DNA of 64,000 bases from Octopus bimaculoides (Eukaryota), in contig NC_068998.1 in the NCBI RefSeq assembly GCF_001194135.2, positions 54,553,132 through 54,617,131 of the forward strand, read 5' to 3'. The notes beneath the pieces are model-generated. The model was not told the origin of the DNA. It did not search any database and saw only the letters and a program-made list of their open reading frames with translations. The position numbers were made by a program, and so were the translations under genes. Positions 12,685-25,119 of the stretch are shown here, piece after piece (position 1 is the first letter of the stretch; each line of letters starts with the position of its first letter).

Positions 12685-14489
12685 GATGTTTGTCCTGAAA
12701 TATACTCTCAGAGTCTACCAGCTTATTCTCATTTATTTTATTTTCCAAACATCAGTTTAATAAAGGCAAAGTTATTTTACTAAATACGTCATTATTCTCA
12801 AAATTATTTGCAACAAAGTCAGTGTATTCCGACAGATACATGATAACGAAAAGGTTTAAATACTTCAGTCTGTTTGCTTAAGTACACATTATAAGAATGT
12901 GGCTATCATCTGGGCAGTTCATTAGCTATAAATTAATGACTGGTCTGACAAAAGATGAGAGTTTTGGATTACAAATTCAATAACATAAATAGACGAATGG
13001 TTATTGCCTGATCAATGGCATCATGATTGGTAAGCCACTTAGAGAAACTAAAAGCGTTAATTAAACAATCTATACGAAAATATAATTAAGAATAAGCAAT
13101 CTATACAAAGTACTTGATCAAAGCTCAACATCTTGTACCAGTTAAATTCTGGGACATCAATTTCATTGACATATTTACTGTTCAAAACTCTCAGCCTTCT
13201 CTCAACATTAGAAACCAATATTTCAAAAACATTAATTTTAATATGTACAAAATAAATTTTCATAAGATTTCTTGGTTTCCATCTAATTTGATAAAACAGT
13301 AATATAATATTTATTGTAAGTTATCTTGCTACTTTCAACTATTTTGTTTGGATTTTTTTTCTCATTTTCTTTTTTATTGGTCTCCTATGAATCTAATTTA
13401 TTAACTTACCAACTTTAGCTCAATTCTACATTTCTTCCTCCCCCCACCACCCACCCAGCATCTCCGTCTCTCTGCTTCACAGTTTCAGAAATGTTGCTTT
13501 AAACAATCATATCTTGAAACAGCAGTCTTCAAGTATTTTACCTGTAATACTAAAACAAATTTTATCTTCAACAATATAAAGTTAAAAGTAAGCAGGCAGG
13601 TGATAAAGCTGAATGTCAGATTATTTTCAATATTGGTGAGGAATTAACATGATAGATAGAAATTGCAAAAAGTAATTATAAATGCATTCCCATTAATAAA
13701 CTATAGAATATGTAACTTCCAAAAACAGATTTTATTCAATGAACCACAGAAAACGGATAGCCCTGTTCCTACTTCATTAAGAATCTAATCTAAAAAAAAG
13801 ATTCTTGTGGTGATCTCTACATTTATTGCACAATAATTATTTCGGCTCGGACCACTGGTATTATAATGATTTTTAACTGTAGCTTAACATGTAGTCAAAT
13901 TGATACTTAACAGATATTTCTAATAAAAACTACCACTGCTTGTGTTTCAATTAAATCTGAAAATAAGCAAAACTTAGTAAAAGAAGCAACTTTTCCAATA
14001 CTAATTCTTTTGATGCCAAAACCCACTTGAGACAAATCCTGGTTCTATGACATAAACTTCTTGTTTTTAAAGAGATATGGACCTGTAAGATAGGAAACAG
14101 TTTGTGAGTTTCTATGAGACAATATAGTACAAGCTGGAGATCAAATCTGTGGATAGAGCAGGATACCAACAAAGTGGAAGATGGCATTGTGCTAGAACAG
14201 TGTATAGAGCCATAAAAATGGAGAGTCTGGAAGGGAGCAGCGAGCAACATCTGGTGGCAAGAAGATGAGGTTATATGTAGTTTGGAGAGAATGAGTGATG
14301 GATAGCAATGGAGATGGATGAGAGTAAGAGAGAGATGTTAACGATGAGTGATGTGGGTTGGGGAATAATGGATGATGAATAGAGAGGGGGATTGAATACA
14401 AACAGGAATGCAATGAGCAAGACAACCAAATGTAGTTATATATTATACACCCCAACTTTATCGACATTATTATTTCAACAACCATTTTA

Positions 14490-14830
14490 ACATCGTTAAG
14501 CAAATCTTCTCCAGCTCAGTTGTCACTATTGGTTGTGACTCTTCGTTATCCCCTTCATGATGCTCAGCTTCTTGAGATTCGTCTTTACTATATGCTCCTG
14601 TCTTCCTTGGATTCCCTCCTCCACAGGTGCCATCCACTTTCCATACTCAATGCTTCTTTATGCAGCTGTAACCCTTCACCCACATCCACCACTTCTACCA
14701 AAACACTCTCCCCCTTGCACTTTACATCTGATTCCTCTTATATCCTCTTATATCTGATTCCTCTTATATCCTCTTATATCCTCTTATATCTGATTCCTCT
14801 TATATCCAGCTCCTCCACCTTCAGTTCATT
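14490..14830 (-). mobile_element. RTE-clade LINE, decayed C-terminal fragment
   Basis: ELDIRGIRCKVQ...KVDGTCGGGNPRKT...VKTNLKKL in shifting frames; same family as 21781-21960 and 24600-24795; short internal slippage duplications at 14725-14810. Confidence 0.65.
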
Positions 14831-14979
14831 TGTATTTCCATCATTCACGTGAACTGATATTAAACATCCCAAAGAGCAGGATCATGTGATATCATCTTGG
14901 CTTTTAGAATTATGTGTATGTGTGTGTGTGCGTGTGTGTGTGTGCGTGTGTGTGTGTGTGTATCTTAGTGATATATATG

Positions 14980-15010
<31 letters not shown>

Positions 15011-15170
15011 TGCATATGTATATGCTTAAATAAATATGTGTGTGTATGTGTGCATATATATAGACACACACACACACATATACACACTCTTATCATGTGT
15101 AACAGTATCATATAAAGCAATAGACACAAAGAAAGATTCCAGAAGGTTCCAACACAAAATCAGTTCAAAA

Positions 15171-15176
15171 TTTATT
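15171..15176 (-). promoter_or_regulatory. Candidate polyadenylation signal (AATAAA) of SPEF2
   Basis: tttatt on + strand, about 105 nt downstream of the SPEF2 stop; hexamer is common in AT-rich DNA. Confidence 0.5.
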
Positions 15177-15281
15177 CAACAATTCTATTCCATTCAACAA
15201 AGAAACAAAAACCAAAATAACAAAAGACAGAAGGCAAAATCCAAAATTTACAAAAAAAAACTGAAATCTGTTTTGGAAAAG

Positions 15282-15350
15282 TTATTTCAATTTGCAGCTT
15301 GCATTGAAGTCGGAAGTTTCAGGAGAGTTGTACAAAATATTTCTGATGTC
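15282..15350 (-). CDS. SPEF2: SPEF2 terminal coding exon: DIRNILYNSPETSDFNASCKLK*
   Basis: tctctatttcag acceptor; DIRNIL vs human DIKIIL; TAA at 15284-15282. Confidence 0.88.
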   Translation of the reverse strand, partial: DIRNILYNSPETSDFNASCKLK

Positions 15351-16665
15351 CTGAAATAGAGAAGAGATAAGATTTGTTTGGATAAACATTATAAGACAGC
15401 TATTTATGAGAAATCAATAATATGACGAAAGGATATGGGATGGGGGAGAGGGAACCGAGGACACACAGACAGAAGAAGAAGAAGAAGAAGAAGAAGCCAT
15501 TACATTGAAGTCTCTCCAAAGAGACACACATGTGTTCATAGTAAAACTCTGCCAGGTTGACATACTTTGATCCATTTCCACATGTCCTCTTTCTGCCTAA
15601 TATTTCCAGTTTAAAACGCAATAAATATCAGATGGACACTTCTTGGAGACAATGCCATAAAAAAAATTTCAAAAACTGTTTCCTCAGACAAGAAATATAA
15701 TGGTGTGGAATGTCTTGAACTAAGGCTCTTATGTCTTTGTCAAAATGGTATATAGCTGTCAGCTAGAGTGGAGCAATACACAGTTGTTGTTTGTGTGTGT
15801 GTATATATATATACACACACACACACGTGATGGGCTTTTGCCTTGTAGTTTGCAAAGAAACCTTCTTCCAAACCACACACCCATCCCAGCCACCACCAAC
15901 GGTCAGTGCAGCACATCACAAACTTATCAACTCCCTTTTAAATCTTGAAACAATTTCTATCATGTGGTGTCATCTAGTGGTTGGTTAATACAAGGGAGAT
16001 AATCATTTCTTGATTATATTTGGTGGAAATGAAAGTTTGAATTTGAAATGAATATCGAAGACGTGAAGAAGTAATTCTGTTGCAAGAGTAGATCTGAATG
16101 AAGTCTGTGGCAAAAGAAAGAGTGAAGGATACAGGGAGGAGGGAACAGAAGGGGGAGGAGGGAACAGAAGGGGAGGAGGAAACAGAGAGAGGTAAAGGCA
16201 AAACGTAAGAAAGAGGACAATGGGGAGATGGAGATAGAAAGAAAGAGAGAGGCATAGAGGGATGAAGAGATGAAGAGGAGGTAGAAAATAAAGGAAGAAG
16301 GATAACTAAATGAAGTGGGGGGGGGAAGAATTAAAGTTATGTAGAGTTTTAAAGAGGGGGGAGAGAGGGAGAGGGAGAAAGAGAGAGAACAAGAGAAGAG
16401 AGGAGAAAGAGAGAGGAGAGAATGAAAGGGAGAGAAAGAGGAAGAGAGAGAGGAAAAGAGAGATCTTACCAGCATCAAGAATTGGTTGCCTTTTGCAATG
16501 ATATCTTGTATGAAAGGATGCGCAATTAGAGTTTCAAATGGAATTGGTTCAGCATTCACAGATCCAAGATCTTGATAAACACCTATTATTTCATTCTGCA
16601 ATCAGAAAATAGACAAATTATCAGAACTCTTTTTCCTGGGGATTCTTCAAAACTGAAACAGCTCC

Positions 16666-16711
<46 letters not shown>

Positions 16712-19700
16712 ACTAAAACTGTTGAGCCAATGAAAGAACATCTATATATTTGCTTGACCCGGTAGAAATAGCAGTTAAATTTCCATAAATCACATGCTAC
16801 TGTGACGGGTACACTGGACAATATAATCCCTGATATACAAAAAGACGTGATTGTCATGGGAAGAAGACCCTGGATCTACTTCTTGATCTAAACACCAATC
16901 ACCACCACCACCACCACCACCACCACCCCCCCCTCCTCCTCCTCCTCCACTACCACCACTGCTGCCGCCATTATTTCTGCCACCAAGCACATCAATAAAT
17001 TTCTGCAAGGCTTTCAAGACAAGGAAAATTCTCTCTCTTGAGACTCAGCACTTTTCACAGGAATCGCAGACAATTAGTGGTGCCTTGCAGCAGCTCTTTT
17101 GTAACATTTCTGCCAAAACTTTCCAAACTGAAACCTTGTAAGGTAGCAAACATGATACCATGGTAGAGTGAAAAATTATAGAAAAGCATGAATAGAGTGA
17201 TAAGTCTTAAACGTAACAGGGAAAACATGGCAGCAAATTTCTTACCATGGAAACTGCTTCAAAAGAATCACTTTTCTCAATGAAACTATTGCCAGGTGGT
17301 TCACCATGATTGAGGACCTAGAAAAATAGAAAATGGACATTTGAATTTCACAAGTATTCATAATCTTTTCCTTTCTAATCATCAACAAATAATGATATTC
17401 ACACTTTTGTCTGCTTTATTTGTTTTTAACATGATTGATTTACTTGTCTTCTTTCATTTGTTCTGTCTTCAAATATTTTTTTCTTGTTTAATTTGAGCCT
17501 CTCACACAAACTATGGTGACTTCATTTAAAATATTTATCTTTATCTTTTACTTGTTTCTGTCATTGGACTGCAGTAGCCATGCTGGGGCACTGCTACAAA
17601 ATGAGTCTTTTGCTGAACCATTATGTTACATGGATGTTAACAAACCAACACTGGTCATCAAGTGGTGGGGGGAGAAACACAAACACACACACACGCATTC
17701 CCATACAGGTATATGATGGGCTTCCATATAGTTTCCAACTGTCAAATTCAATACAATGTTGATTCTTTTGTTTTAATATTTACTTGTCAACAAGGCCAAC
17801 CACTGTGAGGGCTAACTGTGCCAATGTGAGGGCCAATTGAGCCCATGGTCAGCACATTAATAGCCCTTCTTTTATCAATCCCTCCATGAGAAAACTTGAT
17901 GTAGATAATATTCAAACTCTGAGAGAACTCAGATGAAATGTCTTTTAGTCTGGTGATTCCTTCTTGGAATGCTCCAGTTTTCATTGCCAATTCTTTCCTC
18001 AGTGCAGAATCAACCAAGAACTCAGTTTTGATTCCTCAAAAGCAGACGCAAAGTAAACTTTCATTCCACATATGCAATGGCCGTTTTAGCTAGACAGACA
18101 GACAGACAGACACACGCATGTACACACACACAACTGGCTACTGCTACACATTTGCCAAAACTAACAGATTCTGCTTTAATTTTTCTTTTCTAGTGGCACC
18201 AACCTCCCGTTAGTAATAATTGCAAATGTCAATTATCCTTGAATAAGAATTGCAAAGAATATATTCAAAGAATATATTCATTTCTTCTTCCTTCACTCAA
18301 ACCAAAGTTAAGCTACAGTCCTGGTTCTATGGACTTTCCTGATTAAGGAATTACGGTAATTGTCTTTACGTTTGCTCAAACTCAATTTATCCCACAAAAT
18401 TCATGTTTATCTCCAAGAATTATACACATTTGAAAGATTTTACTGCTTGCTACTTCAAACAGTTTGACACAAACCAGAAGTAATTCTTCATTGTGATAAT
18501 GGAATCATTATCCTGACTTCTAGCAGCCACACTAACTCTTATTGATTTCCCTACTCAACTTATCGCAATATTTGATGGTTCCATTTACTTCTCAACAAAT
18601 CAAAGAACTCAACCTCTCTGCTGTGGTGTGTTGCTGACAAGCAAAACGACGGGGGTGGGTGGGTGAATTGTTAGTGTAGTGGATAAAAGTCATCATCATC
18701 ATCATCATAATGTTCACACACACACACACAGATATATATATAAAAAGAGAAACAACAGACAAGAACTTATATATGGCATTAATTCGTTTATAAAAGTTGC
18801 AATATAAACATATTTGGTAAAGATAAAAATGTAGCCCTCGACAGGTCTTTACATCTGTTTCAAAAATTCACTGTTGGTTGATGCAACAATGTGTATCACA
18901 TAAACAGGCATACAACTTGATACAATAATACACATATTGATGTAGTAATACACATTAGTAAAAGTAAAAATTGTTATCAACACAAACATGATATGTTAAT
19001 AGGCATTTTGCCAGTGATCGTTCCAAGAAGAAAATTTGGTGCTTAACATTCCTTTCATCTTTCTAAAGAAATTTTTCATTAAGATAATTAAAGAAATATT
19101 TCTTAAAGGTAAAACCAGTCATTAAATAACATAAGATATATATCAGGTGTGGATTATGTATGCTGGGCAAGAAGGTATAACGAGATGAAGTGACTTCCCC
19201 ACATAACATCCAGCGTAGTGTAAGCAATTTTTTGTTAATTTGAGTTAACATTTTGTGGTAATTTGGTTTGTTAAACAATATTTTATAATTAGTAATAATT
19301 ATTGTGCCTCGTGGATTTATGCTTATTCAGCTCCCTACCCTACAACACCCAGTCTCCCATCCGTAATGAAACCACAAAATATAAGAGATACATTTAAAGA
19401 GGAAAGTTCAGACAAGCAAATATCATATAAATGAATGCCTATTTGAGGAAAATTAATTCTTCCATAGCATATAAATTTGGATGGTACATTAAATTAATTG
19501 CAATAATATATATCATAATTAGCAAAACAATTTAAGCCTTCTTGGCAAAGATAAATGTTATTATAACTGAAATAGAAGTCCTTTTGGAGTTTAGAGTGAG
19601 AATTGATTGCTTTTAATTACGATAAAATAAATAAATGTAATAAAATATAATTAAAAGTAAAGAAAAAATGAATAAATACAATATATATCTAGAGTGCATG

Positions 19701-19876
19701 TGTGCATGTGGAGGAGGCTGTGTGTGTGTGTATAAGTAAGGGTGTGTATGTGTTTTTTATGTGAAGTTAAGTATGTAATGCGTGTATGGATGAAAACACA
19801 TAAATTTATATGCCCACACATACACCCACATCCATGAATACACCTCCATCCACCAATCCCCTGAGCAGCTGAAAGG

Positions 19877-19928
<52 letters not shown>

Positions 19929-21499
19929 CATACATATATTGCATGTATATATGTATATATATTTATATATACAGTATATATAAGAGTAAGTAATTTAAAC
20001 ATTTTTATTGAAAGTATAAAAGAATTAGTTAAGAGTACTTGTGAACAAATTTTAGAGAATTTATATTGGTTGGCATTAGGAAGGGCATCCAGCTGTAGGA
20101 ACATTGCCAGATCAGATTATTGGAGCCTGGTGCAGCCTCCTGGCTTGCCGGTCTCCAGTCAAACCATCCAACCCATGCCAGCATGGAAAATGGACGTTAA
20201 ATGATGATGATGATTATGATGATGATGAGGGTAAGATCTTCATTCAGTTTCCATCTCCTAAATTCACTCATAAGGCATTGGTCAGTTCCAAGACTATAGC
20301 AGGAGACACTTACCCAAGGTGCCGCCCAGTGGGATTGTTCGCAAAGTCATATGGCTGTGAAGCAAACTTGTTACCCTCACAGACATGCTGACACCTAGCC
20401 ATGTCTTTTCATTAAAACCTTTTTGATACCTTGACTCTCTAACACCAACCCTGGCTCTGTGATACAAACTTCCTCTTTTAAATTGATCTAAATTAAAATG
20501 TTTCATCAAAATTTCATGCTAATTTTTCTTCCAAACAGCAGCTTAGTCTGGCATTTATTTGACTAAATTTTCCATTATTTACAAAATTAATTAAAACAAC
20601 AGAAATGTTTCTCAACAGATATATGGTATTGAAAGGGTTAATGCTAATGACATTTCTCTTCATTACAAGTAGAATTTTAATTGACTAAAAAATTTTTTTG
20701 GTTCATTACATGAAGTATATAAGAGCCTGGTAACCATGCAACCAGTCTCGTTATGCGACATTGTTATTAATTATAACACTGTGTTGGCAGTAGCAGTGGC
20801 ATCATCCTCATCATTTCACGTCTGTTTTCCACTTTGACAGGAGTTCGCAAACCAGAGAATTGCACCAGACTCCAATTGTCTGTTTTGGCTTGGTTTCTAT
20901 AGCTGGATGCCCTTTCTGATGCCAACCACTTTACAAAGTGTACTTGGCACTTTTTATATGGCATTCGCATGAGTGCTTTTGTCGTGGCGCCAGCACAGGT
21001 TTGTGTTGTATAAATAATTTGTATGTAAGTCACATTTAGACAGTAAAAAAAATCAAACCAAATTAAGATAGTAAGACATACACAAATGATGATAAAAAAA
21101 CACGTTCCAATTTATCTTGCAAAGAACAAAATGAAACACAAGACGCAAGAAAGAAATTATAAACTTATTAATAAATAAAGTCTAAAAATAAGTTATAAAG
21201 TAAGAAAGATTTTACATTTTGATAGTAAAAGAGAAAGTTATAATTTGTTGTTATCACAGGTAGTTTTCTTCATTTTCATGTCTAAATTCCAAGTATAATT
21301 GGTGAATAAAATTTTCTGTTCAATTCCAAAAGTAGATATATATAAACTTAATGTTTAATATACAAACAGTAAAAATGTTGAGATAAACTTAATGTGTTCA
21401 TAAATTTTTTTAAAAATCAAACAACATATAAAGTTATTTGAAGATACTAATTGTAAGATAAATGGTATATAATTAGAAAATATACTAATATTCTGATAT

Positions 21500-21541
<42 letters not shown>

Positions 21542-22090
21542 TAATAGTATAAAATACATGTGTGTATATGCAAGGATGTATGTATATGTAAGGATGTATG
21601 CATAATATAAAGATCAGAGTCATTTACCACTGCATGCCTCATTCAATATCTTAATGAATGTGGATCTAAACACACACACACGCAAACTACATGGTTCTGG
21701 GTTCAGTCGCACTGTGTGCAATCCCATGGTCATTCATGACTGTAGAGAGTCTTTACCCTTTATAGAGAGATTTATTGAACTCTTGCACACCACATCTGAT
21801 GCTTTTTAAGTCCAACTTTTCTCTCAAGGCACTTACACTCTGTCGAGTATGCACACTGACATTACACATCCATCGGGGCATACTGGCTTCATTCCTTGCA
21901 AGCTTATGCATGTCCTCAGCAATCACGGCCCATGTTTCACTGCCATGTAGCATGGCTGTTTTATATATATATATATATATATCATCATCATCATATATAT
22001 GTGACACGTTGGGTAAGTGTCTTCAACTATAGCATCAGGCTGACTAAAGTCTTGTAAGTGGATTTGACAGATGGAAACTAAAAGAAGCCC

Positions 22091-22133
<43 letters not shown>

Positions 22134-22938
22134 TTGTCCCTCACCACTGCTTGACAACCAGTGTTGGTATGTCTATGTCCATGTGACTTTGTTGTTCAAC
22201 AAAAGTGACTAACAGAATAAGTACCAAAATTAAAATTAAGTTCTGGGATTGAGTTCTTTGACTAAAACCTTCCAAAGCAGTGCCCCAGCATGGCCACAGT
22301 CCAACAACTGAAACAAGTAAATGACAAAATAGATTTTTCATGGCAATAAATCCTCTCCCAATTATAATTTCTAATTTCATTTAATTATTTTTCATCAAAA
22401 TTAGGGGGTGGGGGATTGTTTGTAACAGGAATCGGTTCCATGAATTTTCTGAAAAATCTGAAAAAGGTTCTGAAAAAACATAAGTTTGATAACTTTGGTC
22501 AAGTGGATAAGAACATTGGTAGGCTTAGTTTAGAGTTAAAGTTCCAAGTTCACATTGCATCTGGTCCTTTGTAGATGGCCAGGAATAAAACAGCAGATGT
22601 CAATGGAAACATTGTGCAGACAGAAATATTAAAACACAATTCATCTCTTGAGATGAGGTTAATCATTTGAAAAATTATAATTGTATTAACAATAATTCAT
22701 CTCAGACATTTTGATATTTAATTAAGCTATAACTTGTCGTTATTTGTCCAATGACAGTCTTTGAAATGAAAAATATAGAATCCTACAAGAGTGTATAAAT
22801 TACATTATGTAAGCTGTTGCATCTGATGTTGTGAATCATTAAACTCGATGAGCATAAAGAGTTCTCAGTACAAAAGGTGACGATGGAGGGAACAGTGAGA
22901 ATGGAACAACAAAGACTAATAATAATAACAATAATAAC

Positions 22939-22981
<43 letters not shown>

Positions 22982-22994
22982 GCTTTATATTAAT

Positions 22995-23038
<44 letters not shown>

Positions 23039-24350
23039 CATACATACAGACATATATATAAAATTAATATAGACAGCTGTGTGCAATGTGTTGCCAAAAA
23101 GGAAAACTATAACTCACTAAATATGACTAGGATGTGAGAACATCTACACTGCTAGAAATAAGAGCTAAGAAGACCTAATGCTGTTGTTAAAGCACATAAT
23201 TGTATACATATGTACTGACAGGGACCGTATTCACCTGAAAGCACCGGTCGAGAATTTCCTATACTGGTCAGTCAGTTTCGGTTAATTCCGTAGCTTCATT
23301 AGTAGGGACCACTTAACTCTGCTTTTTCTGCACTTGCTTCTCTATCAGTACATATGTTTTTGCTACAGATGTGACTAGATATGATTAGAGTGTTAGGATA
23401 CCTACATAGCTAGAAATAAAAGCTAAAAAGCTACAGACAACGGAAACTGCAAATACCAGCAACCAATAAGAAATCTTGATTCAAGCTGAATGTAACCAAG
23501 ACTTCATTGATTACAGACATTTCTTCAACTGGGCCTCTGCTTATGTTCCGATGAAACTCTGAGTAATACCTGTATGAATTATTAGCTACACAAACACACA
23601 CACACGCTCATACATATACTCAAGATTATATAAGCATCGATATACACAGACATTGACAGATAGACAGATATGATGCTGTGTTACATTATATTGTATTATA
23701 TATATATTATATATGCATCCATGCGCACATAGACAATTAGATAGATATACAGATTGATAGACAGAAAGACATAGATATTATATCATATCATATTATATCA
23801 CATTATAGTATATTATATTATATTACATGCAAACACATTCTTTTAGAGGTGTAATCCTGCATTCACTTCTTTCATATCTAAAGAATATATCACATATCAT
23901 TTAGATTAGAATATTAATAACTATCACTAAATGCTAATCAAATTAACACATTACTGCTAAATTATTTCCTGGATGCTCTTCACTATTTCCGTGGCTTCAT
24001 TTAATCTTAAGATGGTAAATCCATGTTATTTGTGTTCCTGTAGGCATCTTTAGAAAATTTTAATGAATAATATCATTAACAAAACACAGCAATTGCCTGA
24101 AGTTGGACAATAACAAGATGAAGAAATAAGAATTTAGACTTGAATTTGTATAAAAAGAATGGTGTTTTATAGAATTGACTCTGGTGCCTGCTAAACAGGA
24201 ATGGTTTGGTGTGGTGTTTAAGCATATGTGTTGAGATTAGCTTTGACAAACTGAAGAATAATTCTGGTTATTTGGCATAGAATAATGATTCTTTCTACTA
24301 TAGTTAGAAGACCTGAAATTCTGAGAGATAGCTAGCTAGATACATAGATG

Positions 24351-24432
<82 letters not shown>

Positions 24433-25079
24433 GGGAAGGAAATAAAGAGAGAGAGGGCGGCTAGAGAGAGGTTTAGATGTTGACATCAACCTGAGGGGCT
24501 CATCTGGTATTAATTTCAATGACCCAAAAATAGTGAAAGTCAGAACTACCCTCTGCAGTTAGAAGCTTTTTCATTAAAATAAAGTTAGAGATCAACCTCT
24601 GCAGTTAGGGATCAACACTTCTTAACACAGCTGTCCTCATCCATATGGATCACATGACCATACCAGCACATTTGTCTCTCACATCTGATGCCTCTTATGC
24701 CCAGATCTTCTCTCAACACATTTATCTTCTGTTGTACATACACACTGACATTGGACATCCAGTGAAGCATACTAGCTTCCTTTCTCTATTTAAATATATA
24801 TGTGTATGTATATATCTAATATTATCTGGGTAATAACCTCACAGTGTGCATTTCAAAGTTCCTATACAGTTATCGGCTATCATATGCCATCATACAGCAG
24901 GATTACTCACCTGATGATGTGAAGGCACACAGCTGCTGCTGGACCATATTCATTTATATAATATTTACATAATAGAATAATATAGAAAACTCAGCAACAT
25001 TGCACTGAAACAATTGTTATGATTTGTGAGCAAAGCCTGTTCATTGCATCTTTTTGTTTTGTAAATTTTAATATATGCA

Positions 25080-25119
<40 letters not shown>

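Noticed and set aside
13990-14270. Possible LINE C-terminal relic on the plus strand
   Set aside because: Multiple stops and too little motif similarity to assign
16790-17017. Gly-rich ORF
   Set aside because: Poly-Gly comes from a (CCA)n/(CCT)n microsatellite
17860-17910. IYIKFSHGGIDKRR as an EF-1alpha pseudogene (LIYKCGGIDKRT)
   Set aside because: Only six residues match; the flanking GTPase motifs are absent
23530-23575. Third hammerhead-like motif (CCGATGA-A-ACTC-T-GAGT)
   Set aside because: The required GAAA after stem II is missing
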